Source: Candidatus Iainarchaeum sp. (lineage in GTDB: Archaea; Iainarchaeota; Iainarchaeia; Iainarchaeales; UBA10191). From it: a stretch of 64,000 nt of DNA. A model generated the notes under the pieces. The model was not told the origin of the DNA. It was given only the letters and a program-made list of their open reading frames with translations, and did no database searches. The first letter of the stretch is position 1. Each line of letters opens with the position of its first letter. The stretch spans positions 2,999 to 66,998 of the forward strand of contig JAUSFL010000036.1 in NCBI GenBank assembly GCA_030649735.1. Direction: 5' to 3'. This document shows positions 48,316 to 57,385 of this stretch, in pieces. The translations under genes were made by a program, and so were the position numbers.

Positions 48316-49059
48316 ATGTGGAATGACGTTTTCACTCTGGCGTACAGGGAAGTCTTGATTCTGACAAAAATCAAAATCAGGATTTTAGGGCTGATTTTCA
48401 ATGCATTAATCTGGCTTGTTGCAATGGGCTTTGGCTTAAGCCCTTTGCTTTCAATAAGCGGAGTTTCATACTTTGCTTTCCTGGTGCCTGGAATGATTGG
48501 AATAAACTTGCTTTTCCCAAGCTTTTTTGGGGCAAGCACTCTAATTACTGACAGGCAATTCGGGTTTTTGAAAGAAATGCTTGTCGCGCCAATCCCGAGA
48601 ACAACTTTGGTTTTGGGAAAGGCATTAGGGCTTTCATTTTACGCGACAGTTTCTGCGGCAATGGTTCTTGCATTCAGCATTATTTTGGGCTTTCAAATAA
48701 ACCATTGGTGGACTATTCCTGCATTGATTGGAATTGCATTGCTTGCTTCCTTGGGATTGACTTGCTTTGGACTGGCTTTGGCGATTAAAATCAAGGACAC
48801 CCAGTCATTCCAGCTTTTGGGAAACTTCATTGTGTTTCCATTCTTCCTGCTTTCCGGCGCTTTTTTTCCATTAGACCAGGCGCCTTGGTTCATCAGGTAC
48901 TTTTCCTACATTAACCCAATAACTTACGCGATTGACGCAATGCGCCAAATCACTTTAGGAATAGGCCACACGCCATTAATCCTGGACCTTGGAGTGCTTT
49001 TCGGATTCTTCATCATAACCTTGATTGTCGCGGCCAAATTGTTTGACAAAAGCGAATAA
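48316..49059 (+). CDS. ABC-2 type transporter permease
   Basis: 247 aa with about 6 TM helices, immediately downstream of the ATPase. Confidence 0.85.
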   Translation: MWNDVFTLAYREVLILTKIKIRILGLIFNALIWLVAMGFGLSPLLSISGVSYFAFLVPGMIGINLLFPSFFGASTLITDRQFGFLKEMLVAPIPRTTLVLGKALGLSFYATVSAAMVLAFSIILGFQINHWWTIPALIGIALLASLGLTCFGLALAIKIKDTQSFQLLGNFIVFPFFLLSGAFFPLDQAPWFIRYFSYINPITYAIDAMRQITLGIGHTPLILDLGVLFGFFIITLIVAAKLFDKSE

Positions 49060-49126
49060 AAGAAAAGCATTAAAAAGCGGAAAAACTATTAAACAATGCA
49101 AGACATAACTTATGCAAGGTTTAATA

Positions 49127-49936
49127 ATGAAAAAAGTGTTTGGCGCTGCATTGCTAATTTTTTTTGCTTTAGGGATTGCTTCCACTGCAAGCGCAATTAC
49201 CGCAACTGTTGACGTTAAAGGCGGAAGCGAAGTGCTTCTCCCAACAGGAACAGGAGTAACTGACGGAATAGTGAAAGTCACTGTTGAAAAATTGACTGGC
49301 GAATCTGTTTGGAGTTGGATAACCGACTGGTTTGCTGGCGGAACAAAAAAAGTTGAAGGCAGGGTTTACATACAAAAAGGCAATGATTTCTTTGAACTTG
49401 ACTGCACTCCAAAAACAATGCGTTATTTCATTCTAGACCCTAATGAAGAAGCAAACTGCAACTTGGATGATTCAACACTTCAACAGTACTTTTATGGCGA
49501 GACTTTTGCGGGCAATCCAGAGCCGGTAAAAGTCAAGGTAATTTCAAACGATACTGAAAAGGCAAGACTGCAAATAACAATTAATGACGATTTCTTGAGA
49601 AAAGCAATGAACAAAATAAGTTCAGGCAGCAATAAATGGTTGAGATTAGATTTCTCCAGCAGCTTGAAAGACGGCTTGACTTTTGACATGGTAAAAAATA
49701 GCTTAACAATGTATTCTGATGCCGGGCTAACTAAACAAATTAATTTAACCCAGAAAAAATCAGTAGGAAACATTGTTTACATCCCCGCAGGCGATTTGGG
49801 GCTTACAACCGCAAGCATAAATAAAACAATTTACTTCACTATCTCCAAAGATGGGCAAGTTGGAAATTCTTCAATAACAATTACAAACCTTGATTTATCA
49901 AAGGACTTGGATGCTTTGCCAGCTGGGGCGAATTGA
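49127..49936 (+). CDS. Secreted hypothetical protein
   Basis: Sec-type signal MKKVFGAALLIFFALGIASTASA from ATG 49127. No motif recognised. Confidence 0.6.
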   Translation: MKKVFGAALLIFFALGIASTASAITATVDVKGGSEVLLPTGTGVTDGIVKVTVEKLTGESVWSWITDWFAGGTKKVEGRVYIQKGNDFFELDCTPKTMRYFILDPNEEANCNLDDSTLQQYFYGETFAGNPEPVKVKVISNDTEKARLQITINDDFLRKAMNKISSGSNKWLRLDFSSSLKDGLTFDMVKNSLTMYSDAGLTKQINLTQKKSVGNIVYIPAGDLGLTTASINKTIYFTISKDGQVGNSSITITNLDLSKDLDALPAGAN

Positions 49937-51001
49937 ATGGAAACTAGAATTTTGATTGCATCAATTGCTTTAGTGCTAATTTCAGCCACTGCAATGGCAG
50001 TAGTATCTGTAGGCCCAATCACATTTCCTTCAAACCCCGGAACAACTTACTTTGAGCCAGCTTTCGAATTTGGAGGCGGAACTACAGCAAGCCACAGAAT
50101 AGCATTGACATTCAATAGCGGGGTTGGAAAGATTACTGAAGTTGCAATGGTTCCAACATTCGATAATTGCCTTCCCCTAAGTTCTAGATCTGCAACAGAT
50201 ACTGCAAACTGCTCTGCCCAAGAATTCTCAAAAGACAGCAAATGCCAAGTTTACGCGCAAAAGGTAACTGCCAATGCGCCAAGATGCGTCATTAAAATTT
50301 CATACCTTTCAGGAACAGAAACAAAAAGCAAATTTTTTGAAGCAAACAATGACCAGACAATTAAAATTATTGACGACCCAACAGGAACAATAACTCCTAC
50401 TAATTGCGCTGCTGCAATAGCCAAAATTAATGACAAACCCCTTTCGCAGGTTCCATTCTATATTGACCCAACAGTAGCACTTAAAGTCGATTTTATAGTA
50501 GACCCAAAATGCGATTTCAGCAAGTATTCCTTGGATGTTTGGGCATTGGATGCAAGCAGTGACATAACTGCGGTTTTAAAAGATAAAAAAGCAAACCGAT
50601 TGAAGCAGTTCCTTTTTGCGTCTGGCGACAAAACTAATATTTTCACAACAAAATCAATTTCAATAGCCGCCCCATTGAATAATGCAAAATATTACAAAAA
50701 CCCAGAAACTGATGTGCTGCCTGAAAACAAGGCAGAAATAACCGCAAGAAACGCAAGTTTAACATTCAGCGGATTCATACAAGCCAAGTCAGGAAATAAA
50801 TTTTATTTGATTGTTGAAAATGCTGCAAAGAAAGATTCTCCAATAGAGCCTACTGACTGGAAGGATTCTCAAACTATTGAAGCGACTTTCACAAAGCCAC
50901 AGCCCCCGGTTTCTGGCTGTTCCACTGTTTTGCAGTGCTTGGTTGAGTTGAACCAAAATATTGTGAAACAGCTTACTGAGTTAAAAAAAAAAATTGGATA
51001 G
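49937..51001 (+). CDS. Secreted hypothetical protein, possibly the N-terminal part of the downstream amidase
   Basis: Signal-like METRILIASIALVLISATAMA. The ORF ends 8 nt after an A11 run (50983-50993), the only place where the downstream amidase frame is already open (from 50980). Confidence 0.6.
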   Translation: METRILIASIALVLISATAMAVVSVGPITFPSNPGTTYFEPAFEFGGGTTASHRIALTFNSGVGKITEVAMVPTFDNCLPLSSRSATDTANCSAQEFSKDSKCQVYAQKVTANAPRCVIKISYLSGTETKSKFFEANNDQTIKIIDDPTGTITPTNCAAAIAKINDKPLSQVPFYIDPTVALKVDFIVDPKCDFSKYSLDVWALDASSDITAVLKDKKANRLKQFLFASGDKTNIFTTKSISIAAPLNNAKYYKNPETDVLPENKAEITARNASLTFSGFIQAKSGNKFYLIVENAAKKDSPIEPTDWKDSQTIEATFTKPQPPVSGCSTVLQCLVELNQNIVKQLTELKKKIG

Positions 51002-51018
51002 TTAATCCAAAGCCGTCT

Positions 51019-52440
51019 TTGACTGTTGGAATTGCCGACAATTCAACAGATTTTTCATTTGCTACTGAATTTGCGCAAGACTTGACAGTTGATGTTCCAG
51101 CGCCTGCATTGAATGAAACCCCATTACAAGTGAATATAATAGTGCAGGACTTGCCTGAAAACTCAGTGCCTTCAGTAGTTATTGAAAAAGACAGTCCAGT
51201 CGCCAAACTGTTTTCTGACGAATTCAAAAGAACAAGCCCGGATTTGCCAATCACTGAAGTTCCAAGAGAAGAGCTTCCAAAAGTTGATTTAGGCCTGCTT
51301 AATGCGCCGCAAGCCCCAATTGTGGTTTTGAAAGTGCCTAAAGGCAACGAGGCAGAAAACCGGCAGCTTAGAACTGCAGCAGCTAACGCATTGAAGAAAT
51401 TAAGCATTGCGCAAGCGCCAGTCACTCCAAGCGCTGAAGGAATCAAAGTTTTCATTGACCCGGGCCATGGAGTGAATGGAGATTCTGGCGCTAGCTTTAA
51501 CGGAGTTTCAGAAAGGGAAATTGTGCTGAAAGTCGCCAAACTGCTTGATGCAGACTTGAAAGCGCGAGGGTTTTCAACAATGCTTTCAAACAGCGCTTTA
51601 CGCCCGCAAGAAAGAGCGGCTGAAGCAAGCCAATTCTTCCAAGGAAGCACAGTAGCATCAACTTTTTTCCTGAGCATTCATTTGAATTCAACAGGAAGCG
51701 GGACTTGCCCTGGAAAAAGCGAAGCTTGGGCAATGTACGACCTGCAAACCCCAGGCTCTAAATCATTTTCTGAAAACTTGGCGAAATTGCTGCAGGCAAA
51801 AGGAATTGCGGCTTCAGTCAATCCAGTTCCTGAAACTTACTCGAATTTTACAAACTTGGGAGTGCTTGAAGCACAAACTGACAATAAAGCGCTCATTGAA
51901 TTGGAATTCTTGTGCAATCAGGAAAACTCAATTAAAGTCAATTCAAGCCAATGGCAGGATTCAACAAGCAAGGCGCTTGCTGAAGCCATTTCCTCGCTTT
52001 CCGGAAGCATGCTTGCAGACTCGCAAGGATTCAAGACAGTTTTTGCAACGCGTTTTGACGGCAGTTCTAACACTGCAGGAAACTGCAATAATTCTTGCGC
52101 TGCATTGCCTGACAATACTGCGTTAGGAAAATCAATTACAGTCTGCAATATAGGCAGGACAAAATGCGTGAACACTAAAGTTGGAGACATTGGGCCGTGG
52201 TGCACTAAAGATTCAGCATATGTCTTTGGAACTACCAAATCAATTGGAGAACAATTTAATGGAAAATACTGGAGAGAGCTTCCTGAATCAGTCCAAACAA
52301 CTTGCGGAAACCCGATCGAATGGCCGCAGGGAAATTTGAAAAGCAATGGGGCTGGAATTGACTTGACCCAAGACTTGCTTGAACAATTAGGGATTTCTGG
52401 AGATCCTTTAAGAGACCAAGTAAAGTGGAAGTTTGTTTAA
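51019..52440 (+). CDS. N-acetylmuramoyl-L-alanine amidase (Amidase_3-like) with a C-terminal RlpA/DPBB-like domain
   Basis: VFIDPGHGVNGDSGA, SEREIVLKVAKLL, FLSIHLNS, ELEFLCN (Zn and catalytic positions of MurNAc-LAA). C-terminus VGDIGPW...GAGIDLTQDLLEQLG is DPBB-like. Only a TTG start and no signal peptide. Confidence 0.8.
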   Translation: MTVGIADNSTDFSFATEFAQDLTVDVPAPALNETPLQVNIIVQDLPENSVPSVVIEKDSPVAKLFSDEFKRTSPDLPITEVPREELPKVDLGLLNAPQAPIVVLKVPKGNEAENRQLRTAAANALKKLSIAQAPVTPSAEGIKVFIDPGHGVNGDSGASFNGVSEREIVLKVAKLLDADLKARGFSTMLSNSALRPQERAAEASQFFQGSTVASTFFLSIHLNSTGSGTCPGKSEAWAMYDLQTPGSKSFSENLAKLLQAKGIAASVNPVPETYSNFTNLGVLEAQTDNKALIELEFLCNQENSIKVNSSQWQDSTSKALAEAISSLSGSMLADSQGFKTVFATRFDGSSNTAGNCNNSCAALPDNTALGKSITVCNIGRTKCVNTKVGDIGPWCTKDSAYVFGTTKSIGEQFNGKYWRELPESVQTTCGNPIEWPQGNLKSNGAGIDLTQDLLEQLGISGDPLRDQVKWKFV

Positions 52441-52721
52441 TTGCCAAGCCATTCGTAAGCTTTGCTTCTATGGAGAATGCGGGTTATTTTGACTGAATCT
52501 TCAAAGATTGAGTAGATCATTCTGTAATCGCCAACCCTAATCCTGTAAAGTATTGGATTGAAAGAACCCTTAAGCTTTAGGATATCAGCCCCGCTTCTAG
52601 GCCTGAAAGGATTTTCAGCAAGTGCATCAAAAGCCTTTTTGATTCGCTTTTGCATTTCATTTCCAAGACTGTAAAAGTCTTTCCTTGCAGACTCTGAAAT
52701 CAAAACTTGCCATTTTTTCAT
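52437..52721 (-). CDS. Type II toxin, RelE/ParE family
   Basis: 94 aa. ..LKLKGSFNPILYRIRVGDYRMIYSIFEDSVKITRILHRSKAY is a typical RelE/ParE core. Confidence 0.85.
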   Translation of the reverse strand: MKKWQVLISESARKDFYSLGNEMQKRIKKAFDALAENPFRPRSGADILKLKGSFNPILYRIRVGDYRMIYSIFEDSVKITRILHRSKAYEWLGN

Positions 52722-52900
52722 AGGTCTTCAGCTTTGAAGAATTTTTCATTTTCCAGAATGAACTTTTGCTCTTCAAAAAAACGGCATTTTTCGGCAATTT
52801 TTATCAGCCTGGAAATTATCTGATCGTAAGTGTCGTCCTTCTTGCCGTAAATTTTAAGCAAGTCCCTGGTTTCTTCCTTAACCAAAATAGTAGTAGCCAT
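52718..52900 (-). CDS. Putative cognate antitoxin
   Basis: 60 aa from ATG 52900, 4-nt overlap with the toxin start. MATTILVKEETRDLLK suggests a beta-strand DNA-binding N-terminus. No family assigned. Confidence 0.6.
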   Translation of the reverse strand: MATTILVKEETRDLLKIYGKKDDTYDQIISRLIKIAEKCRFFEEQKFILENEKFFKAEDL

Positions 52901-52954
52901 ATAATCACTAATAATCAACTATAGTGAAACATATTTATAAATATTGGCTCAATT

Positions 52955-54496
52955 CTAGCATTCGTAAGTTCTTTTTCCGGAAGTCCCAAAGCAGGCTTTT
53001 GCTTTTTTGGAAAGCTCTGTGCCTTTTGGAGTCGGGTATTTTCCATTAAGGCATGCAAGGCACAAGTCTTCCTTAGGCATGCCGATTGCTTTCACCAGGC
53101 CGTCAAAAGTCTGGTAAACCAATGAGTCGGCCCCGAGTTCCTTGCGGATTTTTTCAACTGTTTCTTCGCTTAATTCAATGCCTTCGGAGCGTTCTTCAGG
53201 CATTGAAAGCCTTGCGGCAATCAATTCATTCAAAGTGCTCATGTCAATTCCGTAAAAGCAGGGAAAGCGGACTGCAGGGCAGGAAACGCGCACGTGAACT
53301 TCTTTCGCTCCGCCTTTTTCGCGAATGTAATTAATCAATGCCTTTCCAGTTGTTCCACGCACAATGCTGTCTTCAACCAAAAGCACTTTTTTTCCTTCAA
53401 CAATTGGCTTTACAATAGTGTATTTTTCATTCGCTTTGTCAGAGCGCGAATCTCCTTCAATGAAAGTCCTGCCGACAAAACGGTTTCTTAACAGGCCTTC
53501 CATTGAAGCAAGGCCCAGCTCGCGCGCGAAAGAGTCAGCCGCGGGCTTTGCAGTGTCAGGCACTGGAACAACGACAAAATCACTGCTGTTTGTTTCCAAA
53601 GGCTCTATTTTTGCAAGCTCTTTTCCCAAACGCCAGCGGGTTTCATAAACGCTCACTTCATCCAAGATTGAAGAGGCGCTGGCAAAGTAAATCCACTCAA
53701 ACATGCAGTGCGCTTTGCGCGGGCTTTTCGCGAACTGTTTTCTTTCAACAATTCCATCATGCACAATAATTAATTCTCCAGGCTTGACGTCAATGGCTTT
53801 AGGGTCTGAAAGCAAAGCGCTTGTTTCTGAAGAAACCAGGACTTTTCCATCAACTTCAGAATAGCATAATGGCTTTATTCCTAAAGGATCGCGCGCCGCA
53901 ACCAATTCTCCCTCGGCATTCAAGAAAACCATTGAGTAAGCGCCGTCAATTGCTTCTGAAACTCCCTTGAACATTTCTGCAAACTCCGGTCTCTTGTCGC
54001 CTTTCAACTGCCGCGCAAGCAAAAGCATCAATAATTCAGTGTCAAAGTTTCTCACAAAATGGTACTCTCTTTGTTCCATTTGCTTTTTCAAGTCATTATA
54101 GTTTGCAATGTTTCCATTGAATGCAAAACTAAACCACTTCCATTTCCTATTGTGATGGCGCTCGAAAGGCTGTGCAAAACTGTCGTCATCGCCCCCGCAA
54201 GTCGCATAGCGCACGTGGCCAATGCCTTTAGTGCCTGCATAGTCTTTGAGAATGTTCTCGAATTTTGGCCTTACATTTGTTGAAAAAACTTCATTGACCA
54301 GGCCGACTTTCTTGAAAGTGTCAATCAATTGAAGCCTTTCAGGATTGTAGGTTGTAATGCCTGCTGAAAGCTGGCCGCGGTTCTGAAGCCTCAAAAGCAT
54401 TTTGTAAAGAATGCCTGAAGCGCTTTCTGAAGGCTTGTCGTAAGAAGGCAAAGAAACAGCAGCAATGCCGCAATTATGTCCTAAAAATTCTTCCAA
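52955..54496 (-). CDS. purF: Amidophosphoribosyltransferase
   Basis: 513 aa. Ntn Cys in HNCGIAAV after a short propeptide (TTG start), PRTase motif VLLVEDSIVRGTT, C-terminal Cys ligands. Confidence 0.93.
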   Translation of the reverse strand: MEEFLGHNCGIAAVSLPSYDKPSESASGILYKMLLRLQNRGQLSAGITTYNPERLQLIDTFKKVGLVNEVFSTNVRPKFENILKDYAGTKGIGHVRYATCGGDDDSFAQPFERHHNRKWKWFSFAFNGNIANYNDLKKQMEQREYHFVRNFDTELLMLLLARQLKGDKRPEFAEMFKGVSEAIDGAYSMVFLNAEGELVAARDPLGIKPLCYSEVDGKVLVSSETSALLSDPKAIDVKPGELIIVHDGIVERKQFAKSPRKAHCMFEWIYFASASSILDEVSVYETRWRLGKELAKIEPLETNSSDFVVVPVPDTAKPAADSFARELGLASMEGLLRNRFVGRTFIEGDSRSDKANEKYTIVKPIVEGKKVLLVEDSIVRGTTGKALINYIREKGGAKEVHVRVSCPAVRFPCFYGIDMSTLNELIAARLSMPEERSEGIELSEETVEKIRKELGADSLVYQTFDGLVKAIGMPKEDLCLACLNGKYPTPKGTELSKKAKACFGTSGKRTYEC

Positions 54497-54557
54497 GTCG
54501 TCCCTTTAAAGTTAAGGGCATGAACAATTTAAAAAAAGCACTAATTGGCTGGAATTT

Positions 54558-55796
54558 TTAATTCCAGCGCCTTTTGCTTTGCGGCCTTTGGAAATTCCTT
54601 CCGCCAGAACTGCCGCCCCGCCTGAAGTTTCCCCCGCCACGGCTTTCATGCCTGAAACTCTTGTGAGGCGAGAATTTTGGCGCCGGAATGTCGTCTGGAA
54701 GAATTCTTTCGTCCAATTGCTTTCCCATTAAACGCTCAATTTGGCCTAAAGTGCCCATTTCTTCAGAATAACACAGCGAAATTGCCTCACCAACGGCTCT
54801 CATTCTGCCAGTCCTGCCAATCCTGTGAATATAATAGTTGATGTCATGCGGCAATTCATAATTGAACACGTGAGAGACACTGTCAATGTGAATTCCCCTG
54901 GATGCAACGTCAGTTGCTATCAAAATCCTGATTTTATGGTTTTTGAAGTCTTCCATTACAGCATTTCTTTTGGCCTGCGTCAAGTCTCCTTGAATGCCGG
55001 AAGCTGAAATTCCATTAAAATTCAATTGGACTTCCAAGTCTTCCACTTGGCGCTTGGTTTTGCAGAAAATTATTGCCCTTGAAGGATTCAACTGGTTAAG
55101 CAGGAAAATCAAGGAGCCAAGCTTTCTTCCAGGCAGTATTTGGAAAAAATACTGTTTTACGCCTTGCGCGCTCTTGTCTTCAGAAACCAATTTCACGTGC
55201 TGTGGAAAGCGCATGAAGTTTTTTGCCAACTGCATTACTTCCTGCGGAAAATCAACGCAAAACAATAAAGTCTGCTTTTTTTGCCCGGTGTAAGACATTA
55301 TTTTTTCAACATCCCTGATGAATCCCATTGCAAGCATCAAGTCTGCCTCGTCAAGCACAAAAAACTTTATTCTGGACAAGTCCAAAGTATGCCTGCCCAA
55401 TAAGTCCAAAACCCTTCCAGGAGTTCCGACAACAATTTGCGCTCCGGCGCGGATTTTAGCGGCCTGTCCGTCAATTCCAACGCCGCCGTAAACAACAACT
55501 GAATTCAATTTGGAAAATTTTCCTATTTTCTTAAAGTCCTCAAAAACTTGGGTTGCAAGCTCTCTTGTCGGAACCAAAACAATTGCCTGGACAAAACGCT
55601 CTTCAGTAATCATTTCCAAAATAGGTATTGCAAAAGCCGCAGTCTTTCCAGTGCCAGTCCTTGACTGCACTATCAAATCCTCGCCTTTCAACACAAAAGG
55701 AATGGCTTTTTCCTGCACTTCAGTGAAAGTTTCAAAGCCCAAACTAGCCAAGGCCTTAGTGGTATTTTCGCTTAATTCTACATTCAATCTAAACAT
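54558..55796 (-). CDS. DEAD-box ATP-dependent RNA helicase with an RGG-rich tail
   Basis: Q motif FTEVQ, SRTGTGKT, DEAD, SAT-like LAM, HRIGRTGR. C-terminal RGGGNFRRGGSSGGRNF. Confidence 0.92.
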   Translation of the reverse strand: MFRLNVELSENTTKALASLGFETFTEVQEKAIPFVLKGEDLIVQSRTGTGKTAAFAIPILEMITEERFVQAIVLVPTRELATQVFEDFKKIGKFSKLNSVVVYGGVGIDGQAAKIRAGAQIVVGTPGRVLDLLGRHTLDLSRIKFFVLDEADLMLAMGFIRDVEKIMSYTGQKKQTLLFCVDFPQEVMQLAKNFMRFPQHVKLVSEDKSAQGVKQYFFQILPGRKLGSLIFLLNQLNPSRAIIFCKTKRQVEDLEVQLNFNGISASGIQGDLTQAKRNAVMEDFKNHKIRILIATDVASRGIHIDSVSHVFNYELPHDINYYIHRIGRTGRMRAVGEAISLCYSEEMGTLGQIERLMGKQLDERILPDDIPAPKFSPHKSFRHESRGGGNFRRGGSSGGRNFQRPQSKRRWN

Positions 55797-55924
55797 TCTC
55801 CATTATTTTTCATTTATAAACAATTAACTAAGCAAAACGCACTTAAAACCAATCATTTCAAGCAAAACCAGCCAAGGGAAAAGAATAAAAAACACAAAAA
55901 CATCAATTGTTCTGGTGGAAATAA

Positions 55925-56869
55925 ATGCCGCTTTTCAAAAGAGCTCCAAAAAATGTTTTTTCAGCAATCCAGCAAAGGCAGGCGAGAGCAAACGCTTTCG
56001 GGCAAAAAATCAAAAAATTTGAGCAAAAAAACCGCCCGCGGCTTTCTGCAGCAAATCAAAAAGTCAGAACTGCCGCAAGAAAGAATGAAAAAGCGCTCTC
56101 CTCAAAAATTCGGACTGTTCAAAAGCAGGCAAGCCAGCAAATTAAGGCTGTCCAAAAGCAAGTGAAAAAAGTCGACAAGAGATTGACAAAGCTTCAAATC
56201 GCGCAAAGAGCTGCAGAAATTGCAAGAATCAAGAACAAGCTAGCGCAGGCAAAAACAGGCTGGCTTATTCCAAAGCTCAGAAGGCGCTTTTGGATTAGCC
56301 GCCTTGAAAAATTAAGGAAATACAGGCAGCGCCAGCCGCTCTTGCGGCAAATGCAAAGTCTTGAACTGAAAGAACAGGAAAAAACGCGAAAGCTGGAATT
56401 GCAAAAGCAGGCAGTAAGGAAGAAAAAAACTGCAGGAATAGAGCTTGGAAAAGCAAAATTCAAGCTTGAAAGGCAAAAGCTCGCTTCAAAAAGAGACCTT
56501 GAAAGAACACAATTAAGGAAACTGGCAAAAAACCAGGTTTTGAAAGAAAAGCTGATAGAAAAAATCCTTGCGCTCCAAATGAAAAACGTTGGCAATCCAA
56601 TAACTAACGATCAAGGCCACACTATTGCAAGGCTTGATGAAACTCCTTTCAAAAGATTCTTGCATGACATAATGAAAGCAAAAAAGACTGGCGAATTAAT
56701 GCAGTTGAACTCTGTCTTGGACAATGCTGCAAGACTATTCGCTAAAAACAGGATAAGCGCGGCCTTAATTGAAATGAGCACTTCCCAAGGACTGGTTGTT
56801 AATGGAATCATTCCAGCCAAAAAGCCGGCTGTGAGAAAAGAATTCAAAAATGCGGGGGAAGGAATTTAA
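55925..56869 (+). CDS. Hypothetical Lys/Arg/Gln-rich coiled-coil protein
   Basis: 314-aa ORF with ATG start. Low-complexity basic heptad-like sequence over the first ~220 aa. Confidence 0.5.
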   Translation: MPLFKRAPKNVFSAIQQRQARANAFGQKIKKFEQKNRPRLSAANQKVRTAARKNEKALSSKIRTVQKQASQQIKAVQKQVKKVDKRLTKLQIAQRAAEIARIKNKLAQAKTGWLIPKLRRRFWISRLEKLRKYRQRQPLLRQMQSLELKEQEKTRKLELQKQAVRKKKTAGIELGKAKFKLERQKLASKRDLERTQLRKLAKNQVLKEKLIEKILALQMKNVGNPITNDQGHTIARLDETPFKRFLHDIMKAKKTGELMQLNSVLDNAARLFAKNRISAALIEMSTSQGLVVNGIIPAKKPAVRKEFKNAGEGI

Positions 56870-56988
56870 GAAAATTCTTTTGCCAGTATTACCGCACTAT
56901 CAGGGATAGTGCACATACTTCGGCGCTGCCCACGATGTTCAACCAATGGTTGAACAGACAGTTGACATTAGTCAACTGGAAAGGGCAA

Positions 56989-57074
56989 TGCAGGGGAAGG
57001 GATTTGAACCCTCGAAGGCACTAAGCCACTACCCCCTCAAGGTAGCCGAATTGACCGGGCTATCGGACCCCTGC
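56989..57074 (-). tRNA. tRNA-Leu(GAG)
   Basis: Acceptor GCAGGGG/CCCCTGC, anticodon stem CTACC/GGTAG with loop TTGAGGG, long variable arm TGGCTTAGTGCCTTC, T arm GAGGG-TTCAAAT-CCCTT. Confidence 0.85.
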
Positions 57075-57132
57075 AGTTTAACTAATTGTTTCCAAACCTG
57101 TTTTTCTTTACTTGTTTTTGCTAAAAAGGCAA

Positions 57133-57306
57133 CGCGGGGAACGAGATTCGAACTCGCGCTCCCTTTCGAGAACACGCTCTCAGAACTTCCTTTTTGAAGT
57201 GCAACTCGTATTTATGCAGTGCCGCAAAGCATTGCAGCGTACTTTGTTACTCGCGGGCAAAACCGCGATTCCAGGCGTGCGCATTGGACCGCTCTGCCAT
57301 CCCCGC
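57133..57306 (-). tRNA. tRNA-Ser(GGA) with a ~90-nt intron at 37/38
   Basis: Acceptor GCGGGGA/TCCCCGC, D arm GCA-GAGCGGTCCAA-TGC, anticodon stem CACGC/GCGTG, loop CTGGAA|intron|A, variable arm TTCTCGAAAGGGAGC, T arm GCGAG-TTCGAAT-CTCGT. GGAA can pair with intron UUCU as the central BHB helix. Confidence 0.8.
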
Positions 57307-57385
57307 AATTAAAGATTTAATTCTGCTAAAGGATTAAAAACTGGTTTTAAATCAGAATAAAAGCATTAACAATCTTAATTTTGGA

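Noticed and set aside
50973-51677. 234-aa minus-strand ORF
   Set aside because: It is antisense to the amidase gene, and its Ser/Ala/Leu-rich composition marks it as a shadow frame.
56946-57312. Two plus-strand ORFs of 83 and 66 aa
   Set aside because: They overlap the minus-strand tRNA-Leu and the intron-containing tRNA-Ser genes.
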